From the NCBI RefSeq assembly GCF_006345805.1, contig NC_043001.1, positions 118,792,001 through 118,856,000 of the forward strand: 64,000 bases of DNA. Reading direction: 5' to 3'. The position numbers and the translations under genes are program-made. Source of the DNA: Octopus sinensis (lineage: Eukaryota). Positions 49,969 to 62,523 of this stretch are shown here, one piece after another. Below the pieces are notes generated by a model. That model did not search any database and had not been told where the DNA came from. It saw nothing but the letters and a program-made list of their open reading frames with translations. The first letter of the stretch is position 1, and every line of letters begins with the position of its first letter.

Positions 49969-50537
49969 GAGCAGGCCAACTGGAGAGCAATCCAACAGGA
50001 GAGCAGGCCAACTGGAGAGCAAGCCAACTGGAGAGCAGGTCAGCTGGAAAGCGAGCCAGTTGGAGAGCAAGCCAACTGGAGAGCAGGCCAACTGGAGAGC
50101 AGGCCAGCTGCAGAGCAGGCCAGCCAGAGAGCAGGCCAATTAGAGAGCAGGCCAACTGGAGAGCAAGCCAACTGGAGAGCAGGTCAACTGGAGAGCAGGT
50201 CAGCTGGAGAGCAGGCCAACTGGAGAGCAAACCAGCTGGAGAGCAGTCGAGGCATCCAGTCTCTAATTGCCTGTTTTGTCATAGTATGGCTGGGTGCCCT
50301 TCCTAATGCCAACCAATTTATAGAGTGTACTGGGTGACTTCTACATGGCACTGGTATGGGTGCTATGTGGTACCAGCACGGGTGCTTTTAATGTGATACA
50401 GATATGGGTATTTTTTGCATGGTACCAGCACCTAATGAGAGCAGGCCAGATGGAGAGCAGGCCAACTGGAGAGCAGGCAAGCTGGAGAGCAAGTCAAATG
50501 GCGTGCAGGCCAACTGGAGAGCAGGCCAAATGGAGAG
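49969..50537. repeat. 16-bp minisatellite (gagcaggccaactgga): about 17 copies at 49969-50246 and about 6 at 50439-50537
   Basis: Direct tandem units without spacers; each array is preceded by the same leader of about 65 bp. Confidence 0.9.
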
Positions 50538-51629
50538 TAAACCCGTTTTTTTTAACACATACATTTAAAGCAAAGTTTTTCAGGGTCCCTTAAAATACTA
50601 TTGTAGCTTCTAAACATATTATTTTGTTGCATGGACACCCAATATCTTATATGGACCATCAGGGCCCCTACGTACCTCGGTTGAGAACCACTGACTCAGA
50701 GTTTCCATCTGTGTCTTGGCTGCCAGAGAAATATATAAAATACATTGAGAGGACCAAGTCAAAGAGTAAATAACGTCCTATTTAGCTCAGTGCTCCTCAC
50801 TGGCGAATATGATGATGGGATAAAAGGGACACACAAATTGCTGTGCTGAATAAAATTAAGTTGATTTAAAAATGTGTAACTGTCCAACAGCAACGCAAAT
50901 GAAGTGCTGGCCTTGTTCTATATCAGAAACCCCCACCCACAAAAAAAATTCGTTTATTCTTATATTTCTAAGAACAAAAAGTCGTGATAGATTAGCAGGA
51001 TCGTTAGATCGTTGGACAAAATGCACACGGCATTTAATTACAGTTTTTAATCTCCGAATTCAAATCTCTACTAAGGTTAAGTAAAAGAAAAAAAGAAAGG
51101 AAAACCCATTAATCACCTAGAATCTGTGGCCTTATATTAATTATGGCAATCAGTATGACATAGGGCAAGTTGTTGCTTTGTGAACTTAAGCAACATTTTC
51201 AGTCGTTTCTCGCCTGTAGAAGATGAAAAGTACATTTTGCACGAATCATTCTTTACTTGTTCGTTCGGCATGTTAGCAATAACAGTCAAATTTCTATCAA
51301 ATCACTCTCAACTATCTTAAAACCAGAAAGGGCGCAGAGGACAATGCTGTTTCTGATACTTGCAAACAAGCTGGATGGTTAGGGTCGTTATGTCTCTGAT
51401 CTGTTCGATCAAGATTTATTTGGGATAAAACAACGCCAACAACAATATGTTCTACACAAACAGCCACGGACGGATGTGGTCTGTTGATGTCATCGCAGCA
51501 CGGGCTTCCTATGTCATTCGAGAAAGGATCGAAATATTGGGAATAATCACCGAAGTGAGAACAACTACGCCGATATTAACAACAAAGACAATATCACCAC
51601 CACCACCACCACTAACAACAACAACAACC

Positions 51630-51688
<59 letters not shown>

Positions 51689-51871
51689 CGGCACCTTACA
51701 ACATGGAGCCTCTATGAGGTCATTCAATCTTCTAGATACAGCAGCCAAATTACTTCTAACCGTCATAAATAGGGAAAGACATAAAAACACACATTGGACA
51801 CGGTTGGAATATCATTTAAACATAGGCCAACTCGATCAAGAGTGGCTCAGGACTAAACAACAACAACAATA

Positions 51872-52470
51872 TTGATTTCAAATCTTTGCACAAGGCCAGC
51901 AAGTCTGGAGGAAGCGGGTAGGTCGATTACATCAACCCCAATGCTCAACTGGTACTTATTTTATCGACCCCGAAAGGATGAAAGGCAAAGTCAACCTCGG
52001 CAGAATTTGAACTCAGAACGTAACGGCAGGCGAAATGCCGCTAAACATTTTGCCTGTCATAGGCGCAGGAGCGGCTGTGTGGTAAGTAGCTTGCTTGCCA
52101 ACCACATGGTTCCGGTTCAGTCCCACTGCGTGGCACCTTGGGCAAGTGTCTTCTACTATATCCTCGGGCGGACCAAAGCCTTGTGAGTGGATTTGGTAGA
52201 CGGAAACTGAAAGAATCCCGTCATATATCTATATATGTATATGTATGTGTGTCTGTGCTTGTCGCTTGACAATAGATGCTGGTGTGCTTACGTCCTCGTC
52301 ACTTAGCGATTCGCAAGAGAGTCCGATAGAATAAGTACTAGGCTTACAAAGAATAAGTCCTGGGGTCGATTTGCTCGACTAAATGCGGTACTCCAGCTTG
52401 GCCGCTGTCAAATGACTGAAACAAATAAAAGAATATAAGATGTGCTAACAATTCTGCCAGCTCACCAATT
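51872..52470. mobile_element. SINE A (+, 52062-52435) inserted in SINE B (-)
   Basis: SINE B resumes with tgctaacaattctgccagctcacc after the SINE A tail. Confidence 0.8.
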
Positions 52471-53769
52471 TTCAACAACAGCAATAGTAATTACACTTTA
52501 TCGCAACGAGCCTCTGTGTTGTCTAGGCGCGTGTACTGCGATAGGATGTAAGAGCGCTTGTGTTTTTTTTCTTTAAACTAAAAAGAGTCCCGTAAAGTTA
52601 AAATTCAGAAATGTATTTTTAATAGAAAACATGTAACCTAATACTTATTTTTCAACTACTGTTTCCATTATTACTAAATCAATATGTACACAGTCTGACG
52701 CGGTGGAGCCATCGATGTGAAAATTCTAAAATTAATATTTTTAATTAACAAATAATTTATTAAACAGCACACCATAATCTTTACATTTTTAATATGAAAT
52801 TGACTTTTTTAAAACAAAACAATTTTCATTAAAAGTGACTAAGCTAGATTATTTATCATAAAATTTTTCCCAAGTACGACATTAACGGCAGATCCTTTCG
52901 CCTTAACGACACCCCTCACTTCACACACCATCAACATGGTTGCCTTTGTGTCTATGTTACAAATCATTAAATCGTTAGCTTGCTGGACAAAATGTCTGTC
53001 AGTATTTGTGCCAGTTTTTTACATTTTGAGTTCATTTTCCATCGTAGTCAACTTTGTCTTTCATCTTTCCGGAATCGATATAATAGACTGTTCCCCTTTC
53101 CCCAAATTCCTGGAATTGTACCTATGTGAGAAATTATTATTATCACACACAGGATGTAAGAATAAATAAGAATCTGGCTTCTGAGTCTTCTGTGAGCGAT
53201 AAAGCAAGAAACGCTTTGAAACGCGTGTAGCGTAAATAGTTTTAAATAGATTTATTATTTTCATAATCACCCAGAATCGGATTAAGATTCTGTACAAATA
53301 CTTTGAGTCTCTCCACAAGTGATATTTTCAATACATTTTCACCTACTTACTGGAGGCCTTGGGCTACATCCCTTGAGTTTCGTGCTTTAATCTGGTAGTA
53401 TTGTTCAGAGTGTATTTAATCTGATGAGCACAAAATGTGAAACTGGGTATGAGACCATTTTGGCACAGCCATTAAGGCGTCTCCTATTTGGCATCGCTGA
53501 TTTGACGTTGCTTTATTTGACATCAGACGTTTTAATGTTTCTCTCGTTCTCTCTCTCTCTCCCCTCTCCCTCTCTGTTTATATTGGTCAGCATATAGTTA
53601 TGTAGGTGTAATGCCTCTCTTCCTCTCTCTTTCACTCTATCTGAATGTGTATATTCCTGCGCATTCGTACGTATGTACGCGTGTGTTGTATGTGCATGTA
53701 TGTGAGTGCGTGCTGTCACCAAACCAAGTTGATCATCCTGTCAGCCGTGCAGAATCGTCAGCGCCCAAA

Positions 53770-54330
53770 CAGCCGCGTCCAATCGACCCATTCCGAGGGA
53801 AATTACTCCACCAGATCAAGTAAGTGAAGATGCAATTATATAGTTACATTGTATCAGCTTAAAACATGACTATTGATGGAGACGACTGCTGCATCAAATG
53901 TTTATTCAACAACTAGACCATGGCTTACCAACTGCATGTACAGTCATTCATGTGCTGAAGGGACTTAATGAGCTAAAAACCGAAGAAGATTTCAGGGTAA
54001 TGTATCAGACTGTAATTCAACAAGCACGAGATGCAGTTACTGAAATTCCACTGAAAATTCCTAATCGAAGCCGATTAACCACGACAGAACTTGGAGGAGT
54101 TCTACCGCGTGGAACTATATTGCACATTTCTGGATATACTTATTCAAGATAATAGATGGGGATTTAAAGGAAAGGGTGAAGGCAAGAAAAAACCCGAAGT
54201 CTCTTCATGGCTTAATTATATAATTAAACTATAGAAGGCAAGTGGACACATGATACAATTAGTAAATTTCTCTGCAAAGTCTATGACTCTGAATAAGATG
54301 ACAAACTTTTGACAGAATTTTACTCATTCT
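53770..54330 (+). pseudogene. Old hAT transposase remnant
   Basis: LNELKTEEDF..MYQTV and EEFYRVELYCTFLDILIQ resemble the region preceding the hAT dimerisation domain. Confidence 0.5.
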
Positions 54331-54449
54331 ATCCACTGCTAAAAAAAATAATCCGAGATCAGCCCTCAAATGTATCACGGAAAACAATACTGATATGAGC
54401 TTCTGAAATATCTATGAATTAAAATTTATGCAACACCTCCAGTAAAAAA

Positions 54450-54856
54450 AATCCTTTCTTCTATAGGCACAAGGCCAGATATGTTTAGGAAGGGGAATAG
54501 TCGATTACATTGACCCCTAGTGCTTATTTCATCAACCGTGAAAAAATGAATGTCGACTCGTGTGGAATTTGAACTTAGAACATAAAGACACACGACACAA
54601 ACAAACAAGCATTTTGTCCAGCGTGTTAACGATTCTGCCAGCTCGCCGTTTTAACAATGTTAATAATAATACTTTCTACTATAGGTGCAAGGTCTGAAAT
54701 TTGGGTGAGTGGGACTGTCAATCACACCGACCCCAGTACTCAACTAGTATTTATTTTATCGACTTCGGCGGAATTTGAACTAAGAACGTGAAGACAGACG
54801 AAATACTGTTAAGCATTTAGCTCGGTGTGCTAACGATTCTGCTAGCTCACCGCCTT
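54450..54856 (-). mobile_element. Two tandem SINE family B copies
   Basis: Each ends gattctgc(c/t)agctc(g/a)ccg on the plus strand. Confidence 0.8.
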
Positions 54857-55420
54857 CCAGAAACAACTATAATAATAATGGGTGTGCCCCTTTTTCGAAG
54901 CTCAGGTGAAGTATAAACTGCAGAGCTTACTTGTGAAAGAGTGACTCTCCAATCTAAAACTGTTTAACATTGAGAAAAATATCCCTGCTGATAGTGAAGT
55001 GATATTTTCAACTGTATGGCTAACAGGGAAATGCAATTTTGATTTATTAAAGTATATTGGCCGCTTTATTTTCCATTATGCATTTCGTTTTAGATAATTA
55101 AGAATATGATTTATAATTTTTGCTTTTGCATTTCCCTGGTAAGTGGGGAGTCAATATTTTACTATTGCTACTTAAGAGCCGTGGCCTTTATATCAAATTG
55201 CACAGTGTATTTCTATAAATCTTTATAAATTCATATGATTCCGAACGTAGAAGATAGAATAATGTTATTTATATGAAAAGTAGAATGAAGGTTAATATAA
55301 GTAAAATTGAATAATAATAGTAAATAAGCATTTCAAAATCTTCCTATCCTGTGAAAATCTTACAAAAACCAGCATCTTTTTATTATATATTTTCATTTAT
55401 TTTCTTTAATCAAGTATATA

Positions 55421-55641
55421 TACGAGCGGGTGCTGAAAAGTTCCTGGTTTTAAGGGCCTCGAAAAGGTCTGGTTGGAGGCCCAAACTTCCGGGTTCTTTT
55501 TACAGGGCTTAGAAAACCTGAAGAACTGCTGCAATAAGTGTATGAATCTGAGAGGGGAATATGTTGAATAAAATCATAATTAACTGATCCGCCTCTATTT
55601 TCTTTTACCCAAAGCCAGAAACTTTTCAGCACCCCGTCGTA
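55421..55641 (+). mobile_element. Mariner-derived MITE, copy 2
   Basis: TIRs tacgagcgggtgctgaaaagtt / aacttttcagcaccccgtcgta; encodes FFLQGLENLKNCCNKCMNLRGEYVE*. Confidence 0.85.
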
Positions 55642-55701
55642 TAATGTACTGAATTAAAAAAATATTACCACATACAATCTTAATATCTCTGATTGTATGC
55701 G

Positions 55702-56885
55702 TATGAGGGTGTACTGAAAAGTAACTGAAAACGTTATCTGTGGGACAAGCCCATTGTAGTTTAGGCTTCTGCTGCTAGAAGCCACTAGATGCAACCTTCA
55801 GTCTGCCGATCGGCGTCGTCGAGTGCAGTCGTACTGCCACGTGGTGCGTCTTTGCTTTGCAGGGCTTCTCCCCTGTTCGTCGATTTTTGCGATGGCGGAA
55901 ACGAAGGAACAGCGTGCTTCTATGAAATTCTGTTTTCTGCTAGGGAAAACAGCAGCTGAAACAGTTGTCATGCTTCAAACAGCTTAAAAGGACGCTGCCA
56001 TGAGTTAAAATACAAGTTTACGAGTGCTTTTTAAGCTTTAGAAATGGTCCCTTGTTGCTTGAAGATGAATCTCGTTTAGGACGACCGTCGACCTCCTGAA
56101 TGAATGAAATCATCATGAAAATTCATGAACTGATCTTGGAAGACCGTCACCGAACAATTGACGAACTTGTTGATATAACTGGTGGGTCCTGGAGCTCCTC
56201 CCAACGAATTTTGAGCAAAGAATTGCAAATGTTGCAACAAAATTTGTGCCTCACTTGCTCACAGAAGATCAAAAGCAGTCATGACTGAATGCGTGTCATG
56301 AACTGAAAGAAGAGTTGGAAGATGAAAGTCATCACTGGTGACAAAAACTGGTTCTACGATCCGGAAACGAAGCTGCAATCAAGTCAGTGGAAGCATCCAA
56401 CGTCACCACGCCCCCACCCAAAAGTACGTCAAGTGAAGTACAATGTCAAGATGATGCTAATTTGTTTCGTCGATGCGAAAGGAATTGTCCACTGAATTTG
56501 TTCCTCCTGATCAAATTGTTTACCAGACATTTTACTTGGCTGTTCTGAGGTGTTTGCGAGACACGATAAAAATGGCATGACCTCGTTTACCCACCAGACC
56601 TTGCTTCCTACAACTTTTTCTTGTTCCCCCGAATGAAAAAAGTCCTTAAAGGAAAAGATTTTGCAGATGTGGAAGAGGTGAAAAAACCCCCAAAAAACGA
56701 CGGAGACGTTAAAAGGCATCACTTCGCAAGAATTCTAAGACTGCTCCGAACAGTGGAAAACGTATTTGGATCAATGCATTGCTTTAAATGGAGAATATTT
56801 TTAAGGCGGTAAAAGTATAAACATATAAAACTATGTGAATATAAGAATATTGCAAACTTCCGGCCTCTTTTGGCTACCCCTCGTA
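55702..56885 (+). mobile_element. Decayed mariner transposon
   Basis: EQRASMKFCFLLGKTAAET, LEDESRLGRPST, ITGDKNW.YDPETK.QS.QW, SPDL-like motif and FPRMKK; ends tatgaggg / cccctcgta. Confidence 0.9.
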
Positions 56886-59800
56886 CATAACCTTATATAG
56901 CATTTTGGATTTAATTTTTAATAAAGGTTGAGGAACTCTTTACTCAACAGAGTTCCTGTCATTCTGAAAGTCCATGCACATTACTGATGGAGTTGTTCAG
57001 CCTGTAAGAATCAGAAGTCAAATATCCTTCAAATCATACCCTGTTGTATTAAAAGAAAGACGGAAGGACTCATTTGGATAATTCAAATTTATATGCATTA
57101 TGAAAAAGGCGGCACATCATGACTGGAATGCCTTTGGTTATTGCTCTGTTCGATCAACATCAAGCCAACGATGGAGTGTCTACGCGTTCGCTCCTACTGC
57201 TCGCAAAATCTCCTACAAATTATACATTACTGTAATTTATCCATGAGGTAAAGCATCCATTCGTGATTATAACTTCTTTTTAGTAGTCATGTCTTTTCAG
57301 AGATACCCAGGTATTTAAAACTACATAAGTGTAGGTAGGTGGCCAGGTTTCTAGGGTGTTCGGCTCTTGATCATAATGTCATAGGTTCAATTCCTGGATC
57401 AGGTGGCTCGAAGTATCCTTGACCAAGGCGCTGCATTTCACGTTTCTCCAGTCCATTCAGCTAAAATACATACCAGCCGGATGCTGATATAGCTCTCTCT
57501 CTCTCAATCCCTCCCTCTCTCAAGCGGACACACTCTCGATATTTTGCTGGATCAATGTTGGGGCGGTCAGAGAGTATCAATGTCTGGTCACAGGGCTACA
57601 TTACCTAACGTGCTCAATCCGTTATTACAACGGCTAGGCGTAATTGGAAGATTTGTCTGTTATTTTTAAGGCTGAGTACTAAGGAGAGGCTCCTCGAGGT
57701 GGAAAGTCCTGTGCAATAGGTGTTCCATACTCAAATGAAATGCAACTGTATCTATCTTGTATTTTTGTAGTACGTAGGAATACATTACCTAGTGTCATTC
57801 CTTGTTTAAGATGGTGCGTTGTGGTTTGCTGTTTTCAGGGAGTCGACTGACTGCGTAGAGACATAATATGTTGCTGTGTTCGCAATCAGTGTTCAGGCTG
57901 CAAGTGTTGAAGTAGAAATAGAATTGTAAATTACGATGAAGTCTGTGCTTTGCTGATGGGGTATATTAATGGCAAAACATGTATGGAATTGTTCTCCGTA
58001 CTAGTGGAAATGCATTATGACATTATTCATTGCATTAATGCTCTATTTCCTGCACTGCTCGAGTATTTTGAATAAGAATTGTGGTGCGCTCTGCGTTTAT
58101 GACTGAAATAACAAGAATAAAAGCAAAAATAAATAAATTAAACAAAAATATATTTCTAAACTAAAAAAAAGAAAAGGCAACAACTACATAAACATCTAAA
58201 TGAATTAAAGTACAACGCAAAATATGACCAGAGAGTGAACATGTTAGATTAATTCTTCATAGTGACAGAGAGCGATACACGATACATTTATGGGTACCAT
58301 TCTATAACTAAGGCTCTAAATTCCAAAACTTTGCAATGAGACGAAATGAAAAGATGATCTTGAAACTGAATGACATTCAGAGTTCAGACAGCAGAAAGAA
58401 AATGAGAAAAAAGGCGTAACTCGGTCATCAATACCAGAAAATTGATTACTAAACCCGTCCTAGTAGATAGTAAAATTCTTGTTGTTTAACTATTAGTCAG
58501 CTCTAATTGAACAGTTCAATGGTCAAAACAATTTCAGCCATGACCGAGCCATCTTTATTTTCTTTTCTTCAGGTACATTTTATTTAGGGCCTATAGTATC
58601 CAATAAATCCTCCCTTTTTACAGATAAAAGCGTATGTTCTGACAGATATTTGGATGCTATCTTTTGCAGGTTGAGACGTAGAGGCTATGTACGTTCTTTG
58701 TAGAGATAAAACTATAACTTAAAAAGTTTTTTGGTGAGGGGTCGATAAGTAAAACCACAACTAATATTCGGGTGAGTAAGCATTTTGTTAACTATCTCTC
58801 TTCCTCTCCCCTCTATCTCTGTCTCACTCCCTCTTTTTTTCAGCTTCATATTTTAAGATGGATGTAAACGTTATGGTTGGTTTGAAAAAACTGCATGGAC
58901 TGAGGCGGTAGTATTTTGGAAACATCAAGGTCCTTCTGTAAGTGTCACTGGTATCTTAATATGAATAATAACTGAAGTGATGACCCGGGGTGGGCGCTGT
59001 CCTGCAGTTGTTTAAGCATGGGCAAGAGAAAGTCATCCAGTTTTGTCTGATATGTAGAAGCATTTGTGGACTATCCCACACAACAGTTTTAGAGGAAATC
59101 TAGAATGACATTTAACATGCACGCTGGGATTGTGTAGCAGCAGACGAGAGCAAGGAACTGACGTAGAGAATTCATCAGTCTATATTCAATTCCAGCTGTT
59201 TCATTCTGTATCAATGGACAAATGAATTACCGAACGCGTGGATATAGATAATCGAGTAGCCTCTATCTGGTCGCTCGAGCTGTTAGAGATAACAACCAGT
59301 TTTTCCTAAAATCACACGCTATGATATTGAAGGACCCAAGCTAGCCTCAAAAGGACATTGAATTGATTAATGTAGTACTAGATATACTATAATTAAAAAA
59401 CAAAACAAAACATGAAGAAGAAACATAAACGAATTGGTCAAGGCTGGACTACGTTTGATAACAGGTTAGTCCCATCAACGTAAACCTGGAGACTTATTAC
59501 AACTACAACTACCGTCTTACAACAACCATCATCACCAACGTACCAAACATTGAATTCACCACCAACATAACTACGAAGCTCTACACTCTCCCACCACCAC
59601 TTCACCACAATCACCACCAACACCACCTCCTCCACCACCATCACACCCGCGCCAACACCACCACCTCCATCTCAACCTCCACCTCTACCTCACCACATCC
59701 ATCACCACTATACTACCACATCACTACCTCAATATATTCAGCAATGGTATGCGTGTTCTCGATCGATTACTTAGGACAGAATTGTTGTTCTTGTGATGGT

Positions 59801-60764
59801 GTTGGTTCTTGTAGAGCTGGTATTTAATGATATGATAGTTGTGGTTGTTGTTAGTGTTACTGTAGTGGTGGTAGAAATAATTGTTGTGACCGGGGCAGTT
59901 GGCAGTTGTTGTTGTAGGGCTGGGGAAATTGGTAGCTGTTATTAATAATTGTGGTAGTGATGGTAGTAGTAAGAATGGTTGTTATGGACGTGGTGGCCAT
60001 TGCTGGCGTTGTCATTATTTTTATTAGTTGTTGTAGGGCTGTTGGCGGTAGTAGTGGTTTTATAATTGTAGTTGTGGTGGTATTGGTGGTAGTTGCGGCG
60101 GCAGTGGCGTTCGTTCAGCTGGTATTGATGGTTGTGATGGTAATTTCGGTTGCAGTTATGGTTGTAGAAGCTGTGGTGGTAGTCGTGTATGTTGAAGTTG
60201 TGATTGTAGTTATTGCTGTTGTTATCGGTTTACTGCTGCTGCTGCTGCTGCTATATTGTTGTTGCTGTCGTTGCCACTGTCGCTGTTGTGCTGGTGGTGT
60301 TGGTAGTGGAGAGTATAACAACAACAATAAAAAGGATGTGGCTCTAAAAATAGAAAGAAAGGAGACCGAATCAAACATCAAAAATCAATAACGCCATTTT
60401 TCGGTTGTCTAATATAAAAACAAAAAAAAACAAAACAAAACAAAAATATATATATCTGATCTCAACCAGAAAATCCGAAATACATGCATTTACACACGCG
60501 CACAAACACTCCCCCCCACACACATGCGTGTATACGTTTGTGTGTATATGTTTGTATACATGTGAATCCATGTTGCGTATATGTGTGTATCTCTGTACAT
60601 GTATGTATGTGTGTGTGTGTGTGTGTGTAGAATACAATTAAGGAATAAAAAAACCGCGACGCTAAACTTCAAATGAGCGTATCAAATTTTCAGCCGAAAT
60701 AAATATTTCACTCTATATTTGCATCGAGTACTTCTGTTAGGTCGATGCTCATCGTTTCAAATAA

Positions 60765-61452
60765 TAATGGTTTCAAATTTTGGCACAGGGCCAGCAAATT
60801 CCGGGGGTGGCTTAAGACTTTTACATCGACTCAGTGTTCAACTGGTACTTAATTTATCGATCTCGAATGGATGGAAGGTAAAGACGACCTTGGTGGAATT
60901 TGAATTCCGAAAGTAAAGACGGTCGAAATGCCGCTAAGCATTTTGTCCGGCGTGCTAACGATTCTGCCAACACGCCGCTTAAAAAAAAATAATAATCCTT
61001 TCTATTATAGGTACAAGCCCGAAATTTGGGGGGAGGGGGCTAATCGATTGTATCGATCCAAGTGTGCAACTGGTACTTAATTTATCGACCCCGAAAGGAT
61101 GAAAGGCAAAATCAACCACGGCGGAATTTGAACTCAAAACGTAAGTACGGACAAAATGTCGTCAAGCATTTCACCCGGCGTGCTAACGATTCTGCCAGCT
61201 CGTCCCTTTAATAATAATAATAATAATCATAATAATCTTTTTTATTAAAGACACCAGGCTTGAAATTTTGGGGGAGTGGGGAGGCTAGTCGATTAGATCG
61301 ACCTCAGTACACAACTAGTACTTAATTTATCGACCCCGAAAAGATGAGAGGCAAAGTCGACCTCGGCAGAATTTGCACTCAGAACATAAAGAGAGACAAA
61401 ATACTGTTAAGTTTTTTGCCAGGTGTGCTAACAGTTCTACTAGCGCGCAGCT
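60765..61452 (-). mobile_element. Three tandem SINE family B copies separated by (AAT)n
   Basis: Repeated actggtacttaatttatcga...ggaatttgaa...gctaacgattctgcca. Confidence 0.85.
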
Positions 61453-61469
61453 TTATAGTAATAATAATG

Positions 61470-61518
<49 letters not shown>

Positions 61519-61558
61519 TAATAATAATAATAATAGTAATAATAATAATAATAATAAA

Positions 61559-62113
61559 TGCCCTGATGCAGTGCCAGGCAGTGGCTCTCTTGGCTTCTGA
61601 TCTTAACTGATTGGAAGTGTTATCATGTACATTGTTTTGACTTGGTATAAAAAATGGACTACAGCAAATATTCTGCTCAATACCACAGATTTGTTTGTCA
61701 GTTGTTTGACCTTAACCAGTTGAGCATGTCCCTTACTGGCTGACGATATGTACATCTCTGATCACGAGCAGAAGTAGTGGGGGAGCATCATAATCATGTG
61801 TTGTGAGGAATTCTTTGGGGTTTGGACAATTCACTTCTGGAAACATGGATGTTTCGTTCAACGTCCTTAAAAAACCCTTATTCAGGGACCTTTTGAGCGG
61901 GTTGGGCTACTCGACCTGAAGAAAATTCTAAGTGGGCCCCACCTGCAAGATCATGCGCTATTAATCTTCATATGAAATCACCATGTCGCGCACATATGGT
62001 TGTGATGCATGTGCCTGGTGTACCTTTATCAGACGGGTAGTCATGATGGGTATACTGGGCTTCGTATATTTTACCCCAGTGTCACTTTGATGACATGCAC
62101 TGCTCTCTCACTC
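61559..62113. mobile_element. 555-bp non-coding insertion bounded on both sides by (AAT)n
   Basis: Sharp boundaries inside a TAA microsatellite; no ORF; element status is inferred. Confidence 0.55.
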
Positions 62114-62175
<62 letters not shown>

Positions 62176-62226
62176 TCGACTTGCCCCCTTACCCCAAAAT
62201 TTTCAAGACCTTGTACCTAGAGTAGA

Positions 62227-62270
<44 letters not shown>

Positions 62271-62390
62271 TAATAATACCTGTTGTCTCTTGAGGTCTCT
62301 GGGTGAGACTTGGAGCCAACTTGTACAGACATAAAGCAAAAGTCAACCATAGAATAATAATAATGATTATTATTATTATTATTATTATTT

Positions 62391-62458
<68 letters not shown>

Positions 62459-62523
62459 TATTATTATTGGTGTTATTATTTATTATATTATTATTATATT
62501 ATTATTATTATTATTATTATTCA

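Noticed and set aside
49923-50593. CRISPR-like array or repeat protein
   Set aside because: Units are directly tandem with no unique spacers, there are no cas genes, and the context is eukaryotic
53420-53455. ctgatga...gaaac hammerhead-like string (similar strings at 1477-1512, 4055-4160, 34870-34895 and 53185-53235)
   Set aside because: Core or stems I/II are missing or unpaired; could be decayed motifs but not supportable
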